Positions 37,293 to 46,978 of a stretch of DNA of 64,000 nucleotides are shown piece by piece. The DNA is from a virus. The stretch spans positions 25,419-89,418 of the IMG/VR virus record IMGVR_UViG_3300025759_000072, one strand, 5' to 3'. How positions within the stretch are numbered: the stretch's first letter is position 1; each line of letters opens with the position of its first letter. The position numbers were made by a program, and so were the translations under genes. The notes below the pieces were generated by a model. It did no database searches and was not told the DNA's origin. It saw only the letters and a program-made list of their open reading frames with translations.

Positions 37293-37686
37293 CATCACGA
37301 ACAACGTAGTGTTTAACTTCACACATACTTGACTTAATATAAGCACGACCTCCGTCAATCATATTGCCGTTCTCAAACCGTTTATAATCATGGCGATGTG
37401 CGCTGTACTGTAGATTGCCATCATCATCTTCTATTAGACCAAACTCTGCTTGTTCAATCTTGTCAGCATTGGTAATCATAAGATTATCATTAAATGCGTC
37501 ACGAAAAAGACCAAAGTACCGATTACCAAACTCAGGGTGTGGAGTTTCTCTGTAAAAGATATCCATTGCTCGTGCTTCGCCTCTTAACGCACTGGTACAC
37601 ACATAGGTAACAGGAACACCATCTTTCTTAGAATAGAGTTCGCAAACCTTGTCAGTATCAAAAAGTGGTTCGTGTTGGATGTTCAT
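37264..37686 (-). CDS. Conserved phage hypothetical protein
   Basis: DIFYRETPHPEFGNRYFG..YS.HRHDY..IDGGR.Y. Confidence 0.75.
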   Translation of the reverse strand: MNIQHEPLFDTDKVCELYSKKDGVPVTYVCTSALRGEARAMDIFYRETPHPEFGNRYFGLFRDAFNDNLMITNADKIEQAEFGLIEDDDGNLQYSAHRHDYKRFENGNMIDGGRAYIKSSMCEVKHYVVRDGEMVEKKDE

Positions 37687-37921
37687 TGGGGTTCCTTTTG
37701 CTTGTTTTATCGTTTTTACGAGAAAGACAACTGTCGCATACAAAAATATTTAAAGTGCTTCCATCTAATGGATCAAAAAATGTAGAGCCATAATGGCCAT
37801 ACGTTAAGAAATGTAAACCTCCCACCGGTTGTAGGTCATCAATTTTTTCTAAAGGTATATCACAAACAATACAATTATAAGTCAATTGTTCAATCCCATA
37901 GTGATTCGTAGTATTTGCCAA
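37658..37921 (-). CDS. Small Zn-binding-like protein
   Basis: CIVC..GHYGSTFFD..VCDSC. Confidence 0.6.
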   Translation of the reverse strand: MANTTNHYGIEQLTYNCIVCDIPLEKIDDLQPVGGLHFLTYGHYGSTFFDPLDGSTLNIFVCDSCLSRKNDKTSKRNPNEHPTRTTF

Positions 37922-38513
37922 ACAGTCTAAAACCGTTGCTCATACGTTCTTGGTGTTTCTTTCTACCTTCGTCGTCTGTCCATTCAAAATGTCCGCCTAA
38001 GATTCCGTCACCTTCACCTTCAATATATGGACCGTAATAATCTTCTTCCCAGTCCTCACGGCACTTTTGTTCAAAAGCCCAAATCATTTCGTTCAAGACC
38101 CAATCCCAGCGTTCGAAATGTTTGTCATCTACCTCGCCCTGTTCTTTCTGCTTCTTGGTAAGTTTCTTACCGTGTAGTTCCTTGGGTACATCTTCCAAAT
38201 CAACATGTGGAGCACCGTGCTTGGTTTCCTTTAATTGTACTAGCATAGGCAAAATAATAGGAGCAAGAGTATGATCCATACTCCATGTGTCCCATGGATC
38301 AATACGCACTTTTACTTTTTGTGTTCGTCGATCAAACCAAATCCAGTTAAACACATTATAAACATCTTGCATACGATCTTCCACCCAGTCAAGTGTGTTT
38401 TCAAATCGTGAATGCTCATTGGGCCAACTCACATAACCATACTTCTTGCTCATATAGTTCTCATAAACACGAGATCGGAGTCTGTTTGGATAAGAGCTTA
38501 TTTTAACTTTCAT
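37890..38513 (-). CDS. Conserved phage hypothetical protein
   Basis: DTWSMDHTLAPIILPML.QLK..HGAP..W..VL.EMIWAF..GFRLFGKYY..LWD. Confidence 0.8.
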   Translation of the reverse strand: MKVKISSYPNRLRSRVYENYMSKKYGYVSWPNEHSRFENTLDWVEDRMQDVYNVFNWIWFDRRTQKVKVRIDPWDTWSMDHTLAPIILPMLVQLKETKHGAPHVDLEDVPKELHGKKLTKKQKEQGEVDDKHFERWDWVLNEMIWAFEQKCREDWEEDYYGPYIEGEGDGILGGHFEWTDDEGRKKHQERMSNGFRLFGKYYESLWD

Positions 38514-38520
38514 AATCGCC

Positions 38521-38844
38521 TCAAATAATCCAATCTATGGCTAGCCAGTCTGTTTCTTCTGGCATCATTTCAACTTTGTCACCGTGTAGTTCTTGCAACT
38601 GTGTCCAAATGTGAGCATTGTTCATGCGTAGAGTATAACTCTCCTTACCGCAACTATAGCAACTACCAGTTGATCCATAGAAGTTAAATCTATCACCAGC
38701 ATCCTCTACACGAGTAATGCCACTGTTCATACGCCAACTGCTGCCATAAAGGTAACTACCGCTCCAACCAGCGAGCACACGATAATGAGGATCATCGCCT
38801 TTGATCTTGATAACGACCCAATTGTCAGGATTATAATCAGTCAT
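38521..38844 (-). CDS. Conserved phage hypothetical protein
   Basis: PDNWVV..YRVLAGWSG.YL.G.SWRMNSGI. Confidence 0.75.
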   Translation of the reverse strand: MTDYNPDNWVVIKIKGDDPHYRVLAGWSGSYLYGSSWRMNSGITRVEDAGDRFNFYGSTGSCYSCGKESYTLRMNNAHIWTQLQELHGDKVEMMPEETDWLAIDWII

Positions 38845-38851
38845 TTTTGCC

Positions 38852-39190
38852 TCACTCATCCCAAGTAATTGTTGGATTACCATCATTGTAATAGGATTCT
38901 AGAATTTTGTCAAGTGTTTCTACTGTCTCTGTCTTGTATGAGTCTAACCAATTTGAGAAACGATTCCAATCTTCTCCCAGCATAACAGGCAGGCTCATCT
39001 CTTCTGGAAATACGCTTTCGGTTCCATAAATGTCAATACGACCACCCGACCATTGCTGAGTGATTTCTTCAGGTTCAATAGTCTGTTGTAATACCTCACT
39101 CCAACGTGGTTCGCTCTTTTGAGTCAACCCACGTTCACGAAACCATTGCATGGAGATTGGTCCCATCCAGTTTGTAGAGTATGATATCAT
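38852..39190 (-). CDS. Hypothetical protein
   Basis: YSTNWMGP.. ORF in operon. Confidence 0.65.
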   Translation of the reverse strand: MISYSTNWMGPISMQWFRERGLTQKSEPRWSEVLQQTIEPEEITQQWSGGRIDIYGTESVFPEEMSLPVMLGEDWNRFSNWLDSYKTETVETLDKILESYYNDGNPTITWDE

Positions 39191-39343
39191 CTTTACCTAC
39201 CTGTACCATCTATGTTATAATGTTTACTGTTTGACCAAGCATCTAACCACAACCAATGCGTAGGATACCAAGGTTTAAAGTAAAAGTCAACGGTAAGTTT
39301 ACACTTCCATTCAAAAAATCTACGAATACGATTCATCCTCGAC

Positions 39344-39577
39344 TCACCAGCCAGGAGCAGAATAGTCTTTGTGTTTCTTGTACATTGCCATACCATCTGC
39401 ACCATATGCAGGACATACTGAAATGTACTCAGGCAACCCCATGCTATCCTTCTCACCTGCTTCACCACAGATAAAGAACACACCAGTCTTTTCAGACATT
39501 GCATGCTTTAAGATAGTCTCGTACTTCTCAACTTTCTTGCGAAGGAGCAATACTTCTTCATAATAATCTTCAGTCAT
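39344..39577 (-). CDS. Hypothetical protein
   Basis: FICGEAGEKD..LPE.I.VCPAYG. Confidence 0.65.
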   Translation of the reverse strand: MTEDYYEEVLLLRKKVEKYETILKHAMSEKTGVFFICGEAGEKDSMGLPEYISVCPAYGADGMAMYKKHKDYSAPGW

Positions 39578-39831
39578 TATTCCATCACCGGATCTAATTG
39601 CTCTCCAACTGTCACTTGGCTGAACGGTATGTAAAACGTCCACCCCTTCTCCTTGTCTTGTACTTCATATATTTCTTGTTTACTATCTTGTGAAAGAATG
39701 ACACCTTCACGATCAAGTTCTTTATGTCCTTGAATAGGCAAATCTGCCATACTATACATGCCTCCTGGACGATTGTATCTGTCTACAGGAAACTTCTTGG
39801 TGTAAGTGCAACTGTATGTATAGTTTGTCAT
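39577..39831 (-). CDS. Hypothetical protein
   Basis: 84 aa, coupled to neighbours. Confidence 0.6.
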   Translation of the reverse strand: MTNYTYSCTYTKKFPVDRYNRPGGMYSMADLPIQGHKELDREGVILSQDSKQEIYEVQDKEKGWTFYIPFSQVTVGEQLDPVME

Positions 39832-39992
39832 TTTTTACTCACTTCTTCTATATCTGAATGAGACCAAGGGTGTGCTTCTACTTGAGCATCGGTCCAATCG
39901 TCGAACACTTTTGGTTCAAGTGTCTTTTCGTCTACCAAATAAAGCCAGTCCTCTTTATCTTTCGATAGATAAACTTTAACTTTCCAATTCAT
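39828..39992 (-). CDS. Small hypothetical protein (54 aa)
   Basis: [18 protein letters not shown]..; ATGA overlaps at both ends. Confidence 0.6.
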   Translation of the reverse strand: MNWKVKVYLSKDKEDWLYLVDEKTLEPKVFDDWTDAQVEAHPWSHSDIEEVSKK

Positions 39993-40432
39993 CCTCGCCT
40001 CATCTTCGCAATATCTTTGGCGCTCTCTTTGTCAAACACTGGCACGAGATTTGACTTATGCATCGTTGCAATCCCGAGAAGTTTACGTTCACCATTATAT
40101 ACCTTTGCTTCTTTCTTAGCCATACTTGGATGATAGAACGATTGGTCGGGGATGGAAGATTCGAACTTCCGACCCTCTGCTCCCAAAGCAGATGCGCTAC
40201 CAGGCTGCGCTAATCCCCGTGAATTGGCGATCCCGACTGGACTCGAACCAGTGACCGTCGGTTTAGAAGACCGATGCTCTAATCCAACTGAGCTACGGGA
40301 CCCAACACCCATGCGCTGAAGAAACTTGGCGTGTTCTTTCTCAGCAGCAATAAGTGACTTAGACTTATTCTTCTTCTTGCGTTTGCTGGTATTAGTGGTC
40401 GTGTAATATACAGGAAGCATATGCATAGTCAT
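39989..40432 (-). CDS. Phage hypothetical protein whose central segment is two tRNA genes
   Basis: [13 protein letters not shown].. N-terminus and ..[20 protein letters not shown]-terminus; ATGA overlaps at both ends; frame open through both tRNAs. Confidence 0.75.
   Translation of the reverse strand: MTMHMLPVYYTTTNTSKRKKKNKSKSLIAAEKEHAKFLQRMGVGSRSSVGLEHRSSKPTVTGSSPVGIANSRGLAQPGSASALGAEGRKFESSIPDQSFYHPSMAKKEAKVYNGERKLLGIATMHKSNLVPVFDKESAKDIAKMRRG
40143..40219 (-). tRNA. tRNA-Pro(UGG)
   Basis: CGGGGAT acceptor; TCTGC-TTTGGGA-GCAGA anticodon arm; TTCGAAT T-loop; encoded CCA. Confidence 0.96.
40225..40302 (-). tRNA. tRNA-Arg(UCU)
   Basis: GGTCCCG acceptor; TCGGT-CTTCTAA-ACCGA anticodon arm; TTCGAGT T-loop; encoded CCA. 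Confidence 0.96.
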
Positions 40433-40545
40433 AACGATTTCCACCATTTCATAATCTGAAGATAAAACAAAGCAGACTGAGGATAATTAATCGGATTCGG
40501 GCAGTTTGGATATTTCTCCAACAACTCCTTTACCCAATCGTTCAT
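40429..40545 (-). CDS. Small hypothetical protein (38 aa)
   Basis: [38 protein letters not shown]; GGAG RBS; stop overlaps the next ATG. Confidence 0.55.
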   Translation of the reverse strand: MNDWVKELLEKYPNCPNPINYPQSALFYLQIMKWWKSL

Positions 40546-40656
40546 TTTCTAGATACTCCCACATCCACTCATATAATGTACTTAACTCACAGTTGTCAAC
40601 AGCCTCAGATATACGAGGATCTCTTAACCATCTTTCATATTCTAAACTATAAATTA

Positions 40657-40938
40657 TCATTTGTCAAGTAGTTTTAAAACTTCATTCCAAATTTTTTCAG
40701 GACCGTCATCGGTAGAAAATCCAATAGATTTCCCTTTCGTCATATAAACACCTCTGACAAATTCGGCAAGACCACCATCTTTCTTTACCATTTCAGCAAG
40801 TTCTTCTGGATTTTTACTCCAACCAATTCGACCATCATAATCAGCATTGTCGCTGTGTAATCTTATACCACCATTTCTAGCATGAATCAGTGTAATCATT
40901 ATCGTCTCCTCTTCAATCTTTCGATAATTGTTTTCCAA
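40657..40938 (-). CDS. Hypothetical protein
   Basis: ORF in operon; GAGGAG RBS before an internal Met. Confidence 0.55.
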   Translation of the reverse strand: MENNYRKIEEETIMITLIHARNGGIRLHSDNADYDGRIGWSKNPEELAEMVKKDGGLAEFVRGVYMTKGKSIGFSTDDGPEKIWNEVLKLLDK

Positions 40939-41016
40939 AAATTTCTAGACCATTCTGTAGACGAATTGTTGTAAGCTACGATAGCATTACAAATTCTCGT
41001 TTCCAACAGGTAGATA

Positions 41017-41508
41017 TTATTCATCAATAACACCTTTCACTTTTTCAATCAAGTCTTCCAACGAATCTTCATCTGCTTGATAACGAATACCGATACCACC
41101 AGATTCAATCCAACGGTCAATGTTTTCTGGACGATCATCGATCAGAATGTTTGGACGACCTTCAGAATCAAGAGCAAACTTCTCTTTCAACTTAGTGAAG
41201 ATTGCTTCTTTCGGATTATATCCATTTTTCTCAAGCCACTGACGTTTCCAGAACGTGCAGTTGTCATAATCGTTACGCAATGGAGCAGACAGAATGCACC
41301 ACTTACCGTTTGTTTCTTTATCGACAAAAGCAATCAGATCATCAGAGGTCTTGAACTTAGGCAACCGAGCAAAGAAATCGGTACCACGCAACTCATCAAT
41401 CGTTGCTTCTTTATCTGGTATTTCTTTCCAGTGTTTCGTTGCAGCATAGTTTGCTAACTCACTAAAGAAGTCAGCGATCACTCCATCCATATCAACATAA
41501 ATTGTCAT
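41017..41508 (-). CDS. 5'(3')-deoxyribonucleotidase, HAD family
   Basis: IYVDMDGVIADF..ILS.P..K..W..ILIDD..NI..W..GG.GI. Confidence 0.88.
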   Translation of the reverse strand: MTIYVDMDGVIADFFSELANYAATKHWKEIPDKEATIDELRGTDFFARLPKFKTSDDLIAFVDKETNGKWCILSAPLRNDYDNCTFWKRQWLEKNGYNPKEAIFTKLKEKFALDSEGRPNILIDDRPENIDRWIESGGIGIRYQADEDSLEDLIEKVKGVIDE

Positions 41509-41864
41509 TACACAACCTCTTCAAAACCAAAACTAGCAACCATATGGCGGGCACCGTCAGCATCCTCAACCACGTCACCAACGCTCAGGCTGTGCATGGG
41601 AAGGAACCGTTCAATGCTCTCTTCTGGACCCATATTACCAACGTGAAACACACCTTCAAGACTATCAGCGGTGATGTTGCTGACATGCTCGTAGTAGCCT
41701 TTCTCAAAGGCTTCCTTAACCAGATGACCAACTGGCTTACCAAACGACATTTCAATATCGAGACGCAGTTTGTTTTTGGGAACGGCGCCGTGATCGCCAG
41801 CGGCGTTGATCGTGTCAATCTCGTCGTCGGTGAGGTTGATCTGGTAAATCTTGTAAGCAGTCAT
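41508..41864 (-). CDS. YodL-like early protein
   Basis: YKIYQI..LE.VF..GN..MHSLSVGDVV..V..FGF. Confidence 0.7.
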   Translation of the reverse strand: MTAYKIYQINLTDDEIDTINAAGDHGAVPKNKLRLDIEMSFGKPVGHLVKEAFEKGYYEHVSNITADSLEGVFHVGNMGPEESIERFLPMHSLSVGDVVEDADGARHMVASFGFEEVV

Positions 41865-41873
41865 TTCATTTCC

Positions 41874-41971
41874 TTTCTCATCATATATAGATTATAATCT
41901 ATGCTGAGAAATAAGTCAACCAAAAAACGACATTTTTTTCAAAAAAAGTTTTGTTTGATATCAATGAGTTA
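41874..41971 (-). promoter_or_regulatory. Dispersed copy of the early promoter cassette
   Basis: TTGACT-17-TATAAT, TATATGATGAGA leader, upstream TAA-N4-TTGAT box. Confidence 0.8.
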
Positions 41972-42640
41972 CAAATTAATTTGCGTTGTCTCATGATAAT
42001 ATTCTCTCCAGAGGTCAGAATAGGGAGAATTTGAGTATGTTTCAAACCAGGGTCCACCAAGGGTAAAATGAACGTTGTAGACGTTATCTATCGTGAGGTA
42101 CTCATCAACCAGCCAATTCCACTCTAATGGAAGTCCACCTATTTCGTCATCCGATTCCAACCATTTAAACTGATGAAGTTCAAGACCGCTCGCCTCATGG
42201 ACGTAATCGCGTGTGAGAGCAGTGCATTTCTCACAGTTCATAATCATCAGCGACGACCAGTTCTTCTTCTCATATTTGGTTTGAGTTTGGTTTAGAAATT
42301 TAGTTTCTGATCTCGGCACGTAGTCATGTTTACATACTTGAACGGCATAACGATTATCTCTTAGAGACCAAAGACGGCTGATGTCTTCAGTTATAAGCAT
42401 GTCACAATCCATGAAGATTGCCCAACCAGAATATCCCATTAAATATGGAACGATAAATCGACTAAATGAAAATTCGGTTGATGATAGATTATTTTTTGGT
42501 CGATCAAAATATTTTTTAACGTTTTGAAGATTGACTGGTGTGATTGCGACAGGCTCACTACTGTTCTTCAATATGCTGTATGAAAGAACATCATACGCAA
42601 CCTTTTCTTTGTTATCGTAACCAATGAATATGTTAATCAT
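41969..42640 (-). CDS. Glycosyltransferase (GT-A/GT8-like)
   Basis: IFIGYD..STEFSFSRF.VP..FMDCDM..KNWSS..WNWLV..HFT.GGPW. Confidence 0.85.
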   Translation of the reverse strand: MINIFIGYDNKEKVAYDVLSYSILKNSSEPVAITPVNLQNVKKYFDRPKNNLSSTEFSFSRFIVPYLMGYSGWAIFMDCDMLITEDISRLWSLRDNRYAVQVCKHDYVPRSETKFLNQTQTKYEKKNWSSLMIMNCEKCTALTRDYVHEASGLELHQFKWLESDDEIGGLPLEWNWLVDEYLTIDNVYNVHFTLGGPWFETYSNSPYSDLWREYYHETTQINL

Positions 42641-43191
42641 TATTTTCTTTTAAAAATCCATAATGGACCAACTGAAGTTTGGTCGTTATTAAATCCTTGT
42701 TTATGAACAACAACATCAAACTCATTTGTTATTGCATTTGGTATTTTTAACTCTATAGATGTTTTTTCTGGTATACGTAAAACTAAATATTCATCAGCTA
42801 TTGATGTAATCATTTTTAAAAATCGAGTTTGATGCTTCAATTTTTGTATAATAGCTAATGCAATCACAACATCATATTTTTTATATTTTAAATTATCTTC
42901 GGTTAAATAGTCAATATTTTTTGATTCGAAATAATATTTTTCTTCATCAAAATTGGAAAATAATTTTTTAGCATAGTTTACTCTAAACCTAGAAACTTCA
43001 TAACCATGAACTAATTTTGCATTGCCTTCTGTTAATAACCAATGAGATATTAAACCTTCGGCGCAACCAAGATCAATGATAGTTTTGTTTTCCACTTTGT
43101 CTATTAGATAATCTAGACCAAATTTACTATCCTCTATATTTCTATCACCATTAGGATTTTCTTCTGTTTTAAACCATGCAACAGATCCCAT
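42640..43191 (-). CDS. Class I SAM-dependent methyltransferase
   Basis: IIDLGCAEG motif I. Confidence 0.8.
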   Translation of the reverse strand: MGSVAWFKTEENPNGDRNIEDSKFGLDYLIDKVENKTIIDLGCAEGLISHWLLTEGNAKLVHGYEVSRFRVNYAKKLFSNFDEEKYYFESKNIDYLTEDNLKYKKYDVVIALAIIQKLKHQTRFLKMITSIADEYLVLRIPEKTSIELKIPNAITNEFDVVVHKQGFNNDQTSVGPLWIFKRK

Positions 43192-43991
43192 TAAAAATGT
43201 TCCTTTAACAACTTATTTGTATAATACATAACATTAACCTTTTCAATAGTTTCTAGTTTTAATTCTTCTTCATAAGATCCAATTTTTGCTTTTCTTGTTT
43301 TTAATGCGTTTTCATCACCATTCCAATTAGCTTTCTTACCAAGAATACCTCCAAAATTTGATAGTTCTTTATTCCTCATTTGTTTGAAATCAGATTTTTC
43401 AATAGAATGAATAAATGCTTGTTCATCAACCTCATTAAAAATTAATTCAATGAGAGGTTTAAACTCATTATTATCTCTCAATACATCTTCATATTTTAAC
43501 ATTATTTTTGGTTGCTTGTGGTTATTAAAAAAATCTATTGCTTGCAAAACAAATTCACTCTGTCTTTCTATTCCATATATATTGTCTAATACAAAATTAT
43601 CGATATCAGAAAATTCAGCAGTATGATCTCTGTTCGTATGTTGATGGAAATAAGAAACCCCAACATCTCTTGGGTCTCGAATCATTAATATAAGTTTTTT
43701 GTCTAGATAGTCATTTTGATCAATGATAGAAACTGGGTAATCTATTCCTTGAAACCAATCAAAAAAATTATGAGTAAAATGTATTTTTGGATCATTTGAT
43801 CTAAAATAGATATCGTGTGGTTGTTTTTTAGCAATCTCAAAATAATTAGCTAAAAAATATCTTGTCCAAGTTCTTCCACTTTTAGGATAAGACAAAAATA
43901 CAACATCAGAATTCAAAAGATCCTTTCTTTTTCCTTCGTATTTTTTTATCCTAGGATTTATTTTTAACATATCATCAGTAAATTCAATCAT
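43191..43991 (-). CDS. Sulfotransferase
   Basis: SYPKSGRTW (5'-PSB), IRDPRDVGVS (3'-PB), RKAKIG. Confidence 0.9.
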   Translation of the reverse strand: MIEFTDDMLKINPRIKKYEGKRKDLLNSDVVFLSYPKSGRTWTRYFLANYFEIAKKQPHDIYFRSNDPKIHFTHNFFDWFQGIDYPVSIIDQNDYLDKKLILMIRDPRDVGVSYFHQHTNRDHTAEFSDIDNFVLDNIYGIERQSEFVLQAIDFFNNHKQPKIMLKYEDVLRDNNEFKPLIELIFNEVDEQAFIHSIEKSDFKQMRNKELSNFGGILGKKANWNGDENALKTRKAKIGSYEEELKLETIEKVNVMYYTNKLLKEHF

Positions 43992-44781
43992 TTTTTAACC
44001 TTTCCCACGCATAACCATTTTTTATTTCTTCGCTATTAAAACTATAATTGTCCATCGTACATAACCATTTATATATTAAATCTTGATCAGGATAATATGG
44101 ATTCTCTACTGTTGAAATATCTGTTGAACAAACTTCAACTCCTGGTCCATATGAACTTTGAATACAAGGTATACCATTTACCAATGCGTCAATCATCACA
44201 GTCGATTGAGTTGTTATCATACAGTGTGTGTCTTTTAATTGTTCTTCTAATGATTCGCTTGATCCTTTTTGACGAACAACAATATCTCGATCAGTATATT
44301 CCTGTAACGTTTCAATAAGAGTTTTTAACCATCCATCAAAATGAGACATGTAAAATGAACTCGTTTCTGCAACAGAAGGGCATATCAAAATTTTACTACC
44401 ATCTTTATATTTAGGTTTGATTGCAGGAATAGAATGCCTTGGTTGGCAATCTTCTATCTTACGAATATGTCTACCGTTTTTAATACAACGATATCTCCCT
44501 TTCGTACTATTTGGCTCTGCTCCAAAATATCCATGATCCCAAAAATAATAATCGATATCATTTGCTTCAGCTGCTTTAATTAAGTGCCCTGTTCCTCTCA
44601 ATATACCAAATACACTGATATCTTCTCTTCGAATTAACCATTGTTCATAATTAAAAAACCAGTTAGTCATTTCATGTGAAGCAACTGATTTTTCATAATT
44701 GACATAACGAGCATTCGCTGCATATGCAAAATTTTTTAACAGAGGATCATAAACTCCTCTTCCTGTTCCAAACACTAACAT
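43984..44781 (-). CDS. Capsule/glycan biosynthesis-like protein
   Basis: GILRG..DHGYF..ILICP..TDR.I.VR.K..ST..IDAL..GIP. Confidence 0.65.
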   Translation of the reverse strand: MLVFGTGRGVYDPLLKNFAYAANARYVNYEKSVASHEMTNWFFNYEQWLIRREDISVFGILRGTGHLIKAAEANDIDYYFWDHGYFGAEPNSTKGRYRCIKNGRHIRKIEDCQPRHSIPAIKPKYKDGSKILICPSVAETSSFYMSHFDGWLKTLIETLQEYTDRDIVVRQKGSSESLEEQLKDTHCMITTQSTVMIDALVNGIPCIQSSYGPGVEVCSTDISTVENPYYPDQDLIYKWLCTMDNYSFNSEEIKNGYAWERLKND

Positions 44782-45614
44782 ATTTTCATTAACCTATCAT
44801 ATATTTCTTGAGCAGATATTGACTCCATCACTTCACGGCAATGAGGACAAGAACGATGCATCGTGCCACAAGGCGAAAGTGGATGATCCGGATAAACTGC
44901 ATCATGAATAGGATAATTTGTCACATTTGGTGGAACGAACCCACCAAAAATTACAACACCAGGAATTCCCAATGCACCCGCAGCATGACTAGCTCCGCCT
45001 TCGGTTGTCACAATTACTTTAGCTAAAGATAAAACAGCAAACGCTATTCTTGGATTTTCGGTCACTACATGTTGAGTATATGGAAGCAATCTTCTCTCAA
45101 ACTTCACATTCCCAGAAACATCGTTGTAATCAGATGCGGGAATTGATTGAACTAATTTATATTTCGTGTCTTTTAAAAGTTCAGTTAATTCAACCCACTT
45201 ATGCCATCCCCAATCTTTATTGTCAGCAGATGTCGTATTCTTAATAGATGGGTTTATAAAAATAAATTCTTTTTCATCAACAAGAAGTTGTTTTGCTTCA
45301 TCTATTTCTTCATCTGTGAATATAAGTTCAGAAGGCATTACATGGAAATCATAATTGAACTCCATTTTACCAGCCATACTTTTAAGATACCATCTCAATC
45401 CTCTCATTCCATTTCCAGGAGCAGGATGTGTGTCAACAACTATAACATCATTGGGATCTTTTACGTCTTCATGTTTAACAATATATGGAATATTATTCCA
45501 CATTGGAGACCAAGAGTTATCTGGTGTTGTTACTAGTTTGCCTGTTTCTTCGTGAACCTTTTTTGCAAAACTGGTATACATGATGTCATCGCCTAACCCC
45601 ATTGCTTGCGCCAA
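44775..45614 (-). CDS. GT9 (heptosyltransferase-like) glycosyltransferase
   Basis: GLGDDIM; KDW..W..L; EGG.SHAAGALGIPGVVIFG. Confidence 0.8.
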   Translation of the reverse strand: MAQAMGLGDDIMYTSFAKKVHEETGKLVTTPDNSWSPMWNNIPYIVKHEDVKDPNDVIVVDTHPAPGNGMRGLRWYLKSMAGKMEFNYDFHVMPSELIFTDEEIDEAKQLLVDEKEFIFINPSIKNTTSADNKDWGWHKWVELTELLKDTKYKLVQSIPASDYNDVSGNVKFERRLLPYTQHVVTENPRIAFAVLSLAKVIVTTEGGASHAAGALGIPGVVIFGGFVPPNVTNYPIHDAVYPDHPLSPCGTMHRSCPHCREVMESISAQEIYDRLMKIC

Positions 45615-46255
45615 TATGTTTCCTTGCCAACTCGATTGCCATTACTATAACCAAGACCGTTTAATAGCTCTTCGATTTCATTGAAGTTTGCGATCTCAGC
45701 TTCATCGCGAACTGGCGTTTCAAGACATAAAACTGGAGAGTTTTCTTTCAAGGTATTTGTTGCACCTCTAAGTATTTCAATTTCGTATCCCTGACAATCC
45801 ACTTTGATTAAATCCACATCGGTGAATGAGAATGAATCCATCGGGACAATCGTAATGTTCTCTTCACGAAGAATTACGTCGCCTTCGCCTGTAATTGTGG
45901 CATGCCCTGAACTACCTTCAAGAATCTTAATCGTTACCTCTTCGTTTTTATTTCCAAGACCAACTCCATGGATAGTTTTGTTATTACATCCCTCAAGATT
46001 TTTCTTAAGTACCTCACGTGTAGAGGTTACAGGTTCAAAACAAATAACATGACTAAAGTAATTACAGAAATCTTTTGCCCATAATCCAATATTTGCTCCA
46101 ACATCAATTGCAGTACGTCTCGGATTTGAATGATTAATTGCAGCGATTCGCTGGTTTGGCTGGTAAATGCCACCGTTTTGCATCATGTATTCGATCTGAT
46201 GAGTCTCTTCATCAGTGAACCACCAATCGCCTAACTCTTTTACTTGTTTCATCAA
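45593..46255 (-). CDS. FkbM-family methyltransferase
   Basis: IDVGANIG..FEP..DLIKVDCQGYE..L.GA. Confidence 0.88.
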   Translation of the reverse strand: MMKQVKELGDWWFTDEETHQIEYMMQNGGIYQPNQRIAAINHSNPRRTAIDVGANIGLWAKDFCNYFSHVICFEPVTSTREVLKKNLEGCNNKTIHGVGLGNKNEEVTIKILEGSSGHATITGEGDVILREENITIVPMDSFSFTDVDLIKVDCQGYEIEILRGATNTLKENSPVLCLETPVRDEAEIANFNEIEELLNGLGYSNGNRVGKETYWRKQWG

Positions 46256-46978
46256 TTATTTTCCAATTATGTTATATTCGATTGGAGGATACTCACCAAC
46301 CAATCCATTATAACCCGCATCATTCGCTTCAATCAATAGATTTTCAAACAGTTTAACAAGATCGGATCTTGGATGTTCTTCTGGTGTTCCAGTAAACCAA
46401 CCAGGTCTCCAAGGTTGTGTTGCCATATTTGTCCAGTGAAGTTGCCAGATATCTTCGATTGCTAAATCTTCTCCATCAAGACAGTTCCATCTTGGATCAA
46501 GTTCATGTACAAGATTGTCATTGCCACTAAACTGACGAATACTTCTTTGATGAAAGGTATCCATATTTTTTTGTCTACTTGATGGAACAGCATATCTTTC
46601 AAATCGAGCACAATCAATCAGTGTAACACAAAATTCATGACCGCCGAATCTATTGCCTTTTCGAGCAGCGAGTGGTTTACCTTCCATATCGGTATTCCAA
46701 AGTTCAGCAATATCACGAAAGTTAATCATATCACAATCGGTGTATAATGCTCGACCTTTAAAGTTACAATACTCTGCGATAGCCCAACGATATCCACTGA
46801 ATGGCGTTGGCCAATTTACTGTGTTCCAACCATGCCAATATGAGTTGGGATCATTTGTTTGACGCATCCAAACAATATCAAGTTCTTCACTACAGTTTTT
46901 TCGTAATGTGTATTCGTAGATTGCTTCAGTAGGGCAGTCTTCACCATTTGATGAAGAACCAATAAACATTTTAATCAT
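46256..46978 (-). CDS. Glycosyltransferase (GT-A/GT8-like)
   Basis: TPFS.YRW.I..GRALYTDCDMI..WNCLD..H.T.M.TQPW. Confidence 0.8.
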   Translation of the reverse strand: MIKMFIGSSSNGEDCPTEAIYEYTLRKNCSEELDIVWMRQTNDPNSYWHGWNTVNWPTPFSGYRWAIAEYCNFKGRALYTDCDMINFRDIAELWNTDMEGKPLAARKGNRFGGHEFCVTLIDCARFERYAVPSSRQKNMDTFHQRSIRQFSGNDNLVHELDPRWNCLDGEDLAIEDIWQLHWTNMATQPWRPGWFTGTPEEHPRSDLVKLFENLLIEANDAGYNGLVGEYPPIEYNIIGK

